NCBI RefSeq assembly: GCF_006345805.1
Contig: NC_043009.1
Coordinates: 47,058,001 to 47,122,000, forward strand
Source: Octopus sinensis
Lineage: Eukaryota
Direction: 5' to 3'
Length of the DNA stretch: 64,000 bases
Positions within the stretch are counted from its first letter, which is position 1, and every line of letters starts with the position of its first letter. The translations under genes were made by a program, and so were the position numbers. Below are positions 51,493 through 64,000 of the stretch, in pieces. The notes below the pieces were generated by a model. It was not told where the DNA came from. It ran no database searches and saw only the letters and a list, made by a program, of their open reading frames with translations.

Positions 51493-51812
51493 AAGGCACG
51501 TAGCTTAGTGGTTAGGGCATTCGGCTCATGATCGTAAGGTCATGAGTTCAGTTCCCGGTGCCGCATTGGTCCTTGAGCAAGACAATTTATTTCACATTAC
51601 TCTAGTTAATTCAGCTGACAAAAATAAGTTGCATCTGTAATTCAAAGGGCTAGCCTTGTCACACTCTGTATCACACTGAATCTCCCTGAGAGCTTCGTTA
51701 AGGGTACATGTGTCTGTGGAGTGCTCAGCCACTTGCACGTTAATTTCACGAGCAGGCTGTTCCATTGATCGTATCAGCTGGGACCCACATTGTCATAACC
51801 GGTGGAGTGCTT
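51493..51812 (+). mobile_element. SINE H1+T2
   Basis: GAAGGCACGTAGCTTAGTGG...GGGACCCACATTGTCATAACCGGTGGAG. Confidence 0.8.
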
Positions 51813-51901
51813 CTATATATGTCTATATATATTTGTAATTTTGAATTTAAAATAATAAGGGTGAAAGATTGAATATTAATTTGATTAATATGAACTGAAA
51901 A

Positions 51902-52212
51902 CCAGTGGTGTAGCATATAAGACCATAGCGGATCTTCTTCTAGCATAATGGATGTCCACTCTTAATGGTTCAACCCTGTTATATAATAGTTTCACTTTAA
52001 TAGTTTCAGTATTAAACTGAAAGCATCCACGTAATACTGAAATAGTAGAGAAGATATGATATTGCTATGGGCTCGCCCTAGGCAAGAAGTTAAAATTTGT
52101 TTTTGCACCTGACACTACATGGATCCTAAGTAAGGCGTGTGTAAAATTTGAGTGAAATTGGTTGTGTAGGGATTCACACAGACAGACACACATTCTCAGT
52201 TTTATATATATG
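51902..52212 (-). mobile_element. Non-autonomous Helitron (minus strand)
   Basis: Reverse complement starts TCCATATATATAAAACTGAGAATGTGTGTCTGTCTGTG; 3' end uncertain. Confidence 0.55.
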
Positions 52213-52370
52213 GAGTGGCTGTGTGGTAAGTAGCTTGTTTACCAACCACATGGTTCCGGGTTCAGTCCCACTGCATGGCACTTTGGGCATGTGTCTTCTA
52301 CTATAGCCTCGGGCCCACCCAAGGCTTGTGAGTGGATTTGGTAGACGGAAACTGAAAGAAGCCCGTCGTA

Positions 52371-52422
<52 letters not shown>

Positions 52423-52645
52423 CGTGTGTGTGTGTTTGTGTGAGTGTGTTTATCCCCCTAGCATTGCTTTACAACCGATGCTGGTGTGTTTATGTCCCCG
52501 TTACTTAGCGGTTCGGCAAAAGAGACCGATAGAATAAGTACTGGGCTTACAAAAGAATAAGTCCCGGGGTCGAGTTGCTCGATTAAAGGCGGTGCTCCAG
52601 CATGGCCGCAGTCAAATGACTGAAACAAGTAAAAGAGTAAAAGAG
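52213..52645 (+). mobile_element. SINE family C
   Basis: Near full length. Confidence 0.88.
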
Positions 52646-52894
52646 TATATAATCGATCGCTCATGCTCAATGCATTTGTGTCGTTTGTTCACCGGTTCGC
52701 TACCCTATATTGTAAATATTTTTCTTTTGAAAAAAATGTAATATTCATTTCATTTTGTGTAAGTACCAAGAAATTACATAAAAGTTGAATTATAATTATT
52801 GTATGTACTCGTATGATATATTTCTTGATATTACCTGTAGTGGCCAAAGCATGCTTCCAAAGTTGCCCATCATATAACAGGCAACACTCTAGTA

Positions 52895-53135
52895 CAGTGG
52901 TTCTCAACCGTTTTCTGCCTATGAACAGCTATGTTATTCCAGTGGAACCTCATGGCCATTCGATGTTTTAAAAATCTTAATATATACTCTTATAATTAAA
53001 TATTATTAGGGATTGAATAAAGAAATTAAAATATTTTGTGTATTGTAGAAGAATAAGTGATTTGTTGCGCATAAATTTTAACAAAATCTTATATGAACCC
53101 TTAAGCGTCGTGTGGACACAAGTTGAGAACCACTA
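52895..53135. mobile_element. hAT (Charlie-like) MITE
   Basis: TIRs CAGTGGTTCTCAAC / GTTGAGAACCACTA; TSD not recognisable. Confidence 0.75.
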
Positions 53136-53149
53136 GATAACTATAATCT

Positions 53150-53488
53150 TAGTAAGACCCCCTTCGGTCATGAATAATCATGGGATTGCACCTAGAAATG
53201 TCCCCTCCAAGGCATAAGTCCGAACAAGGTTGTTTATGGAAGACCAGCAGTTGCCCATGCGTGCCGGCCTCCCCTCTCCACGCCACCGATGTTATCCAAG
53301 GGAAATGGCAAGGCCAATACGACTTGGCACCAGTGATGTCGCAACTCATTTCTACGGTTGAGTGAACTGGAACAACGTGAAATAAAGTGTTTTGCTCAAG
53401 AACACAACACACAGTCCGGTCCGGGAATCGAACTCACTACCTCATGATCGTGAGCCCGACGCTCTAACCACTGAGCCATGCGCCTTCA
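53150..53488 (-). mobile_element. SINE H1+T3
   Basis: Reverse of the 27635-type element. Confidence 0.85.
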
Positions 53489-54069
53489 CTTATGCTGTAT
53501 GTAATTAAATCCTCCAGCAATTTCGACGATGGGTATTTAATTGCTCACTCAACTGAGTTAACTGCTCATTGAATTAGCATGTAAGTGGCTGAGTATTCCA
53601 CAGACATATACATTTAGTGTAACCCTTGGGCAGAATCACTCTGGCACAGTGAATGTCAAGGGTGGTTCTTTAAATTGCAGGTATAGTCCATCCGACTGGC
53701 TTCCACACAATTTCTGCCAACCCAATTTTCCTCACAAGGCTTGGAGGACATGGAGGATATGCAAAAGGACATTAGTCCAGGATGCTACACTGTGGGATCG
53801 AACCCAAGACTTCGTGATTGTGGTGCCAACTTAACCGTTCGACCATACTGCACGTATACTCTGCCATAGGAACTACATCAAAATATTGTATTGCATCACT
53901 GGGTCACATTCTGCACCGGGGACCCAAAATGCGCTCGCTCGAATTGCTAGTAACAGCAACCACATCCTTTCAGTTCGCATCACAACTATATTAACAACAA
54001 CAACAACAATAATAATAAATAAGTAAATAAATGAAAGCAAAAAGCCAACTTGTTGGACAATGTCTGAGA

Positions 54070-54290
54070 TATACAAAAGGCTGGATGGTCGCAGCTGGTA
54101 CGCTTGTGAATATAGGTCTACTCAATCTGGACTGATCTAGGGCTAAACAAAAATATCACCGCCAACACTTTAAACATCTTAGATTTACAAAAGGCTGGAT
54201 GGTCGCGGATGGTACGCCTCTGAATATTGGCTTTCTCAATCCAGACTGAACTGTGGCTAACAAGAACACCACGTCTACTAGCCAAAAATT
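54070..54290 (+). repeat. Tandem ~115-bp duplication, with a third diverged unit after the SINE at ~54770-54860
   Basis: ACAAAAGGCTGGATGGTCGC...TGAATAT.GG.CT..TCAATC..GACTGA occurs twice. Confidence 0.7.
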
Positions 54291-54336
54291 AAAAAATAAA
54301 TAAGTAAAAAAAAATTATGTTGGATAATGTCTGAGA

Positions 54337-54760
54337 TAGGCGCAGGAGTGGCTGTGTGGTAAGTAGCTTGCTTACCAGCCACACAGTTCCGGGTTCAGTC
54401 CCACTGCGTGGCACCTTGGGCAAGTGTCTTCTACTATAGCCTCGGGCCGACCAAAGCCTTCTGAGTGGATTTGGTAGACGGAAACTGAAAGAAGCCCGTC
54501 GTATATATATGTATATATATGTGTGTGTGAGTGTTTGTGTGCCTGTGTTTGTCTCCCCAACATCGTTTGACAACCGATGCTGGTGTGTTTACGTCCCCGT
54601 AACTTAGCGGTTCGGCAAAAGAGACCGATAGGATAAGTACTGGGCTTACAAAGAATAAGTCATGGGGTCGATTTGCACGACTAAAAAGGCGGTGCTCCAG
54701 CATGGCCGCAGTCAAATGACTGAAACAAGTAAAAGAGTAATAGAGTAAAAAGAGTAAAAA
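54337..54760 (+). mobile_element. Full-length SINE family C
   Basis: AGGCGCAGGAGTGGCTGTGTGG...GTAAAAGAG. Confidence 0.9.
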
Positions 54761-54921
54761 GAGAGAGAGATACAAATGGCTTGGATAGTCCTGGTTGTTG
54801 CTCTTGTGAATATTAGGACTGCTCAATTCGGGTTGATCTGGGGCAAAACAAGAACATAAAATTCTATACTATTGAATACTTAGCTTTCGTTGAGCATCTC
54901 CCCTCTCTACTATAAAGTCCT

Positions 54922-55226
54922 TAAAAAAGACTCCGCCGGTTACGACGACGAGGGTCCCAGCTGATACGATCAACGGAACAGCTTGCTCGAGCATTCCACA
55001 GACACGTGTACCCTTAACGTAGTTCTCGGGGATAATCAGCGTGACACAGAGAGTGACAAGGCTGACCCTTTGAAATACAAGTACAACTCATTTTTGCCAG
55101 CTGAGTGGACTGGAGCAACGTGAAATAAAGTGTCTTGCTCAAGGACACAACGCGTCGCCGGGAATCGAACTCACAACCTTACGATCATGAGCCGAATGCC
55201 CTAACCACTAAGCCACGCGCCCTCAC
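54922..55226 (-). mobile_element. SINE H1+T2
   Basis: 12-bp TSD CTATAAAGTCCT. Confidence 0.9.
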
Positions 55227-55564
55227 CTATAAAGTCCTAACCCTGCTGAGTCACACACACACACACTGAACTGCGGGATCCCTGGCTTCATTGAGCCACA
55301 TACACACACACACACACACACACACTGTACTGTGCCATTAGAAGCAGGGAGGAGGAGAGAAGGGGTGTACTGTGCTGTTATAAAGAGGGTGAGAGTGAGA
55401 GAGAGGTAGTAAGAGAGGGAGAGAGAGAGAGAGAGAGAGAGAGGGAGATTAAGCTGGAGATAATTAGAGCAACAAAGCCAATCCACCACCGACAATTAAA
55501 CATGTTAATGATGTAATGCTTGTAGTGGACATAATTGTAGCGTTTCCTGTCTGTTCACATATTC

Positions 55565-55693
55565 CGCATTGCTGTTGCAGCAGCAGCAGTAGTAGTAGTA
55601 GTAGCAGCAGCAGATAGCAAGCAGCAGCAGTAGTAGTAGTGGTGGTGGTGGGGGGGTGGTGGTGGGGGGGGTGTGTGGTGGTGATGGTAGCAG

Positions 55694-55760
<67 letters not shown>

Positions 55761-55768
55761 TAGTGGTA

Positions 55769-55801
<33 letters not shown>

Positions 55802-55996
55802 GGTGGTAGTAGTGGTGGTGGTGGTGGTGGTGGTGTGATGGTGATGATGGCAGTTGTGGTGGTGCTAGCAGTAGTAGTAGTGATGGATATGATGGTAGTA
55901 GTGATGGTAGTAGTCTTAGTAATAGTAGTTGTGGTGCTAGTGGTGGTGGTGGTGGTGGTAGTTGTAGTCTTAATAGTATTGGCAATGGCGACGATC

Positions 55997-56029
<33 letters not shown>

Positions 56030-56640
56030 ATGGTGGTGGTAGTGGTGGTGGTGGTTATATCCTGGTTGTATGTGCAGGTTAGTTGTGGCCTTTCTCTTGA
56101 CATATTCTGGCTGCGTTGGTAGTGGTTGCGGTGGTGCAATGGTAGTGGTGGTGGTGTCGCAGTAGCGGCTGCTGTGGTAGTTGTGAAGGTGGTGATGAGG
56201 GAAGAGAGCGTGATGGTGGTGTGACTTGTGGTACAGTAGTGGCGGTGGTAGCGTCGTCTGCGATGTGTGTGTGTTGGGGGTGGGGTTCGAAATGGTAATA
56301 GTGGTAGTGGTGGCTGAGGTGGTAGTAGGGTGGGCTGTGGGGGAGTGATGGTGGAGTAGGGCATAGAAGTAGCGTGGTGGTGGTGATGATGGCGGTGGCG
56401 GGGATGCTGTGAGAGCGTGGTGGTAGTGATGGTGGCGATGTGTGTGTGTGTGTGTGTGTGTAGCATGCATGGTGGTGGTGGTGGTGGTGGTGGTTGTGGT
56501 AGCAGCGGTGGTGTGAGAGCATGGTGGTAGTGATAATGATGTGTGTGTATGTGCATGCGTGTGTGTGTGTGTGTGTGTGTGCGTGTGTGCGTACGTAAAA
56601 TACGATGGTGGCGTGATGGTAACGATTGCGGTGCAATGGT
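55565..56640. repeat. Compound GTA/GTG/CAG trinucleotide region with higher-order GAGAGCGTGGTGG...(TG)n units
   Basis: Direct reading; source of the poly-T/H/P ORFs. Confidence 0.85.
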
Positions 56641-57053
56641 AATGATTTCATAGTGAATAACGTGTCCTTCCTGATGACATGCTCCTCATATCCTTCCTGC
56701 TGATATTTTCTACAGTGTTGTTGTTATTGTTGTTGCTGCTGTGGTTGTTGTTGTTGTTGCTAATATTGTTGCTGTTGTTGCTATTGCTGTTTGGCCCACG
56801 TCAACCCAAATCCAGCAAACCCATTAATAACCAAGTGCAGTCTAGTCAGAGCCAATAAATTTACTTTCAATAGAAGAATCTAGAACAACACAGTCTAATG
56901 TTACCATTGCTTTTTAAAGTCGGCGAGGTGTGATTTGAGGTTGGTTTGGCTGTTACTTTTAGCAAAGAGAGTTCTAGGGTTCTAGGGTTAATTCACTGTT
57001 ATACAGTTATTTTTAAGGTGTTGTTGATAATCTACTCAGCAGCAGTAGTAGTA

Positions 57054-57099
<46 letters not shown>

Positions 57100-57574
57100 T
57101 GTAGTAGTAGCAGTAGAGTTGTTGCTTAGATCCAGGTCAACTCTGATTGACCTGACCTATGATCAAAAACTTACCAGGTGTGACCGTCTTTTCTCCTTTT
57201 TGCATTGAACGCAAAACTAGCATGTCTTTGTGAGGGAAATTTGGCTGCTATTTCTTACAGTCTGCGCGATATTGTGTCTTCTCCATTGCTTTGGACCATA
57301 GTCCAAAGCAATACTTTAGAGTCAAATAATGCCATGTTTAAACCGTATTTTTCTCGATATAGTTTGTCAACTTTTTTTCTTGTCGCAGGCTATATATAAT
57401 AAATAAGGTAATTAGTGTGTAACCTATGATATTAAAAATAATGATATTAGAAATAAAGATTTTTCTTCTTCTATAAGCATAAGGCCAGCTATTTTGAGGA
57501 GAGGAAGAAGTTGATTATCCAAACTCCAGTATTCACCTGGTATTATCGGCATCGAGGAGATGAAAGTTTGAAAG

Positions 57575-57750
57575 CAGGTAGAGTACAAACAAACAAATGT
57601 ATTAGTATAGCGCTCAGGAATAGATATAGGAAAAGTCTTTTACGTTTCGAGCCTACACTCTTCGACAGAAAAGATACACAGAAAAAACAAGGAGAGAAAA
57701 AAAAGCGATGAGCGGAGGATCTAAAGAGCGCCTAACATGGCCGACACACC
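57575..57750 (-). mobile_element. Putative Penelope-like pseudo-LTR (same family as 38365-38541)
   Basis: Reverse-complement homology; abuts (TA)n. Confidence 0.6.
57636..57674 (-). ncRNA. Hammerhead-like motif with variant core CUGUCGA
   Basis: Minus strand TCTTTT-CTGTCGA-A-GAG-TGTAGG-CTC-GAAA-C-GTA-AAAGA. Confidence 0.6.
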
Positions 57751-57757
57751 ATATATA

Positions 57758-57813
<56 letters not shown>

Positions 57814-58384
57814 TATCAGCACTGCCGTCAATAATTACTCAAGGTAGGCAGTTGTGTAGTAAAAACCAAAAAAATAAGCTAATACAGACGCGCGACTGAG
57901 TTGAAGGCAGATCTGTTTCTGCCTTTATAGCACGTAAAGAAAACGGTGTTGTAGAAATGTACGCAGCATGTGTACTACAGCAGTACTATTTCTTAGCTTA
58001 GATACTGAGGTTGAAAAGCAAGGGCGAATTATGCCTACTTAATCTACAAAAAATAAAATGTTTTGCAATTTATTCTTAAGTAATCAGACTAACCTTCATA
58101 CTTTTATTGAATTAAGTGCATATTTTGCAATGAGAGGAAAATGTTGCTATCGATCTATTTTATTCAAGGTAGGTACTTCCTACCTTGCCTATCTAGGCGG
58201 TACGTCCCTGATACACACATACACATAATAGAGAAGATTGAAAACGCAAATCTTAGGCAGTTAAACGCATAAATGAAAACTTTCAATCAAAGTAGTTGAA
58301 TCATATATATTTTATACACATCAACATAAATCATGTATGATTTCGGGAATCTGTTTGACTGCCTAAGCTTTGCGCTTTTAATTT

Positions 58385-58760
58385 TCTCTACTCTTTTACT
58401 TGTTACAGCCATTTGACTGCGGCCATGCTGGAGCACCGCCTTTAGTCGAGGAAATCGACCCCAGGACTTATTCTTTGTAAACCTAGTACTTATTCTATCT
58501 GTCTCTTTTTGCTGAACCGCTAAGTTACGGGAACGTAAACACACCACCATCGGCTGTCAAGCGATGTTGGTGGGGACAAACACAGACATACAGACACACA
58601 TATACATATATACGACGGGCTTCTTTCAGTTTCCGTCTACCAAATCCACTCACAAGGTTTTGGTCGGCCCGAGGTCCAAGGTGCCACGGAGTGGGACTGA
58701 ACCCGGAACCATGTGGCTGGTAAGCAAGCTACTTACCACACAGCCACTCCTGCGCCTACA
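58385..58760 (-). mobile_element. SINE family C
   Basis: Reverse family C with a short internal deletion. Confidence 0.85.
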
Positions 58761-58824
58761 TATTTTTTCGCATTGGCTCACTATAGCACTCCGTAAACAT
58801 TCCATACATTTTAAAACATATGTA

Positions 58825-58878
<54 letters not shown>

Positions 58879-59074
58879 ACACACACACACAACACATGCA
58901 GTGAGAGGAAGATAAAGAGAGTAGCGTGGGGATAGAAGCCTGCCGGTCGATTTAGAGGCATGATGCTCTGGTTTACAAATCACGGCATAGAAGAAACTGA
59001 TGTTAAATTGGATTGGAACTTTGTTTCCCACCCCCACTGATAAGCTTATTTAGCCTGGAAAACTCACATTTATG

Positions 59075-59605
59075 TATTGTATTAGACGCAGGCAAGGCTG
59101 TGGGGTTAAGAAACTGCCTTTACATTCATGTGATTTCCGGTTCAGTCCTATTGTCTTCTACTATAACCCCGAGCCGTCCAAAGCCTTTTGAGCGACTTTG
59201 CTAAACGGAAACTGCGTGGAAGCCTGTCGTATGTTTGGCCACCACTGTGTGGATTTGGTAGACGGATTTGGTAGACGGAAACTGAAAGAAGCCCGTCGTA
59301 TATATATATATATATATATGTAATCAAAATAAGCAACAAGAATGACTCCGGTAATTTGGTACGATCGTTTCGCACTATATCATTTTATTAAATGTTTGTG
59401 TGTCTGTGTTTGTCCCCCCCCCCCCATCGCTTGACAACTGATGCTGGAGTGTTTACGTCTCCGTAAATTAGCGGATCGGCAAAAGAGACCGATAGAATAA
59501 GTACTAGGCTTACAAAGAATAAGTCCTGGGGTCGATTTGCTCGACTAAAAGGCGGTGCTCCAGCATGGCCACAGTCAAATGACTGAAGCAAGTAAAAGAG
59601 TAACA
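59075..59605 (+). mobile_element. SINE family C with internal duplication
   Basis: GGATTTGGTAGAC occurs twice at ~59250-59277. Confidence 0.8.
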
Positions 59606-60063
59606 GCGTAAAGCACATCAAAACCTGAAATACCAGACACATTTTGAAAAAGCGACATTAAAGAATGTATCCTTCCAGCATAAATTCTTAAATTGCAGGT
59701 GGGAAAAATTTTTATTGCCATATTGGTTTCAAATTTTTGTACAAGGCCAGCAATTTCGAGGTAGTGGGTAAGTCAGTTGATTCAAAACAACGTGAATAAA
59801 TAAGCATTACATTTGACAGACTAAACTGAATGCTACAGAGTTAACATTGTTATAAGTAATTTCCACAGTGACTCTCCGTTTATTGTATCGAATATAAGGT
59901 CTATAAAATCGTGAGTATTCAACCGTACATTTGTTTTGCAACCTGCCTCCAAGAGAATATATCATATTAAATCATTGGTTTATTTTACAATGAATATTCA
60001 ACTTTAGTACGTTTATATATTTGTTGTGCAAGATTTTTTATGTGAAGTCGTGTGTTGAAACAT

Positions 60064-60454
60064 ATATTGTTATATTTCGGAATGGTCATTTTGCCAGTTT
60101 AGCCAATAAAAACACACGCACTATATATTTGGTGTTATTTTGCTTCAGTGTTATTTATTTTTTACATTAATCTTAATCTTATTTCGGCCAGAGTTCTTTC
60201 GTCACACTCCTGTGACCGCATACAATAGAAATACAAAATGGCTGACGGTTAGTAAGGAGAGACACAAATAAGAAAGAAGAAAACAAAGGACCACTGATGC
60301 GGACACAGGAGTGTGACGAAAGAGCTCTGGCCGAAATAAGATTAAGATTAATGTAAAAAATAAATAACACTGAAGCAAAATAACACCAAATATATAGTGC
60401 GTGTGTTTTTATTGGCTAAACTGGCAAAATGACCATTCCGAAATATAACAATAT
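60064..60454. repeat. 158-bp inverted repeat (2 mismatches) with a 75-bp spacer
   Basis: Arms 60064-60221 / 60297-60454. Confidence 0.92.
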
Positions 60455-60519
60455 TCAACTTTGTTTAGAAAAAAAACGAGCCAAGATTTTACCGCCAATA
60501 TAAAGAAGGAAAGCACCAT

Positions 60520-60793
60520 ACGTGTTTTGCCGAACCGCTACGTTACGGTGACATAAACACACTAACACCGGTTGTCTAGCGGTGAAGACACACACACACA
60601 TATATACGACAGGCTTCATTCGGTTTCCGTCTAATAAATCTACTTACAAAGCTTTAGCCGGTCCAAGGCTATAGTAGAAGACACTTGCCCAAGGTGCCAC
60701 GCAGTGGGACTGAACCTGAACCTGGAACCATGTGATTGGAAGCAAGCTTCTTACCACCCAGCCACTCATTCATATATATATATATATAATATA

Positions 60794-60828
<35 letters not shown>

Positions 60829-61050
60829 CTATATATATACACAAACCCCACACATATCACGCATATATATATATATATTATATATATATATATATACGAC
60901 GGCTTCTTTCAGGTTTCGTCTACCAATTCCCCTCACAAGGCTTTGGTCGGCCCGAGGCATAGTAGAAGACACTTGTCCAGATGCCACGCAGTGGGACTGA
61001 AGTCGGAACCATGTGCTTGGTAAGCAAGCTACTTACCACACAGCCACTGC
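60520..61050 (-). mobile_element. Two partial SINE family C copies
   Basis: 60520-60770 and 60895-61050. Confidence 0.75.
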
Positions 61051-61567
61051 TATATATATTAAATATATTGAAATTCTTAAGTGTATAATATATATATATA
61101 TATATAATATATATATATAATACCACTTAGTAATTTCAATGGAGGCAATACAAGCGGAAACTAGAGGAACATAGTTAATAGCTCACTTGGACCACTACAT
61201 CTCTACACTGTATTTTATTTGCGAGTATTGTTAACACTAGCAAACTCAAAATAAAGCAGTGTATATTCTATATATATATATAGCATTTATGCATGTACTT
61301 TACAGGTTCTCGGACACAGGTTTCACATGAATATATTCAATTTTCCATTGTTCCATACGCTATGGAACTTTTCATAATGGTGTTAATGATGATGATGATG
61401 ACGATGACGATGATAAAATCAAAATATGCTGAAGCTTACGAAAGTTAATAGTAACACCAACAATAGCTTATCAAAAAACCCATAGTAAGATATAAAAATA
61501 AAAGATAATATAAAACCAACACCAATACCACCACCCATCACCACCACCTCCATCATTTTCATCATCG

Positions 61568-61615
<48 letters not shown>

Positions 61616-61639
61616 ATAAACTGAAAACCACATTAAGTG

Positions 61640-61988
61640 CGTACACATGTATATAGGCAAATATATATATATATATATATATATACATACATATATACAT
61701 ACATACATACTATATATATACATATATTATATACATATAATATATATATAATATTATATATACATATATATATATACATATTATATATATATATATATAC
61801 TATATATATTACATTATTATACATACATATATATACATATATATATATACATACATATATATATACATACATATATATACATATATATATATACAACATA
61901 TATATATACATATTACACACACACACAGACATATATATATATATAACATTATATATATATATATGTATATATATATACCCATACGCGC

Positions 61989-62020
<32 letters not shown>

Positions 62021-62022
62021 AC

Positions 62023-62054
<32 letters not shown>

Positions 62055-62793
62055 TAATATATATATACATGACACACGTATATAAACGTTCTATGCACCC
62101 TATCTACTTTCCAAATAAGCGAATTACGTTAAAATTTCTGCTTAATGGAATTGATTATATTGTGTGTATGTGTGTATGTGTGTATGTGTGTATGTGTGTA
62201 TGTGTGTGTGCGCGCGCGCGCCGTCTATGTGTGTGTATGAATGAGTGAATCACCGCATTGCTGTCTGTTATCTGTTTTGGGAAGTTGTGGACGAACGCTT
62301 ACGCATACGTGCGTAGGTAAGCGTATGTACTGTGTGCCTTTACACAAATCTGTAGTGAATACGGGTTTATTTTTTCCCTCCCCCGCCACAATTTTCACTT
62401 TACACACGTGTTTATAAATACCACATATACGTCCGATATGTGTGTGTATACATATGATTAACGTTTGGTGCTTTATACGTTTGTGTATGTATGATGTTGA
62501 CATGGTATGTGTCTACGAATTTTATCTGGAATATAAGACGCATATATATACATATACAAATATATATATATATATATAACCAATGAGTGCTGCTACAGTC
62601 AGACGAGAATGTCAACAATAATCAGTTGTGAAAGCGACTGACCAAACATAGCACTCGCGCAGCTTCATGGCTGCCTCTTGGAATTAGTTTTAGCAGACGT
62701 CACAGTGAAGCTGGACAATTTTTGTGAGTTTGATGGAATTCTTCTTACCTTTCTAGCTTTATTATGAAATATTTCTGCTTGTGTGTCTATCTA

Positions 62794-62826
<33 letters not shown>

Positions 62827-62850
62827 TTCACTCCTCTCTCTCTCTCTCTG

Positions 62851-62884
<34 letters not shown>

Positions 62885-64000
62885 AATATATAATATATAT
62901 ATATATACATACATATATATTATATATACATACATATATATATATATATATACATACATATACTACATATACATATATATATAATACATATATACATGTA
63001 TATACATATATACATAAATATATATATATACATATACATATACATATATATACTTATATATACATATATATATATACATATATATATATATATTACATAT
63101 ATATACTTATATATACATATATATATTATACATATATATATATATATAATATATATATATCTATATATATATACATATATATATATGTATATATATATAT
63201 ATAATACATATATATATATGTATATATATATATACATATACATATTATACATGCATATATACATACATATAATACATATATATACATACATATATATACA
63301 TATATATACATCATATATATATATACATATACATACATATATATATATATATACATATATGTATATATATACATATATGTATCCATACATATATATATAT
63401 ACATACATATATATATACATCCCATATATATACATATATATATATACATACATGTATACTATATATTATAATATATATATATATATATATATTATAATCT
63501 TTTCTCACTCCTTATCTTTCTTTCTTTCTTTCTTTCCCCTTTCTCTCTCTTTACCAGACCCACACTCTCTGCGAATGAGAGTGTATGCATGTTCGTACGA
63601 GTTTATGGTGTATGTATGTGGTCATATATGTATATATATACATATATATATGCATGTGTGTGAGTGCAGGTATGTGTGTGATGTATGTATTATGTATGTA
63701 TACATATGCATGCATATATGTGCGTATGTACTTATGCATTTGGCCATGTTTATATTTATGCATGTATGTGAGTATATGACGTACATGTATATATGTATGC
63801 GTGTTATTTGTGCATGTATATATTGGTACATATATACATATATACGTATGTGTGTATGCATGTATGTATGTGTGTGTATGTATATACGTAATTACATATA
63901 TATGTTATGTATGTATGTATGTATGTATTTATGTATGTATGTATGTATGTATGTATGTATGTATGTATGTATGTATGTATGTATGTATGTATGTGTGTGT
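61640..64000. repeat. Large (TA)n/(TACA)n/(TGTA)n low-complexity region with short unique islands
   Basis: Direct reading. Confidence 0.9.

Noticed and set aside
55464-56651. Long His/Pro/Thr-rich ORFs (up to 333 aa) resembling mucin or extensin
   Set aside because: They coincide with GTA/GTG/TG repeats, and overlapping ORFs occur in several frames and on both strands.

Overview
AT-rich, repeat-saturated animal genomic DNA, most likely from an octopod cephalopod. This is inferred from the repeat landscape and SINE motifs and was not verified by a search. No intact protein-coding gene was found, and almost all listed ORFs are translations of microsatellites. The window contains: four tRNA-headed SINE lineages (my labels H1, H2, C, D) with modular head/tail swapping; decayed RTE, L1/Tx1 and R4/Dong LINE fragments; hAT and fold-back MITEs; non-autonomous Helitrons; a head-less (AAT)n-flanked short retroposon; Penelope-like remnants; and a 3'-truncated, intronless RPS4 pseudogene (46744-47289). 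The most interesting signal is a set of minimal type-I hammerhead-ribozyme motifs (7449, 13239, 16167, 38428, 57636). Two of them share a non-canonical CUGUCGA core and three carry an extra A before stem II. Several long local fold-back duplications are also notable. Repeat coordinates were read by eye and are approximate to about 10-20 bp unless a target-site duplication (TSD) is quoted.
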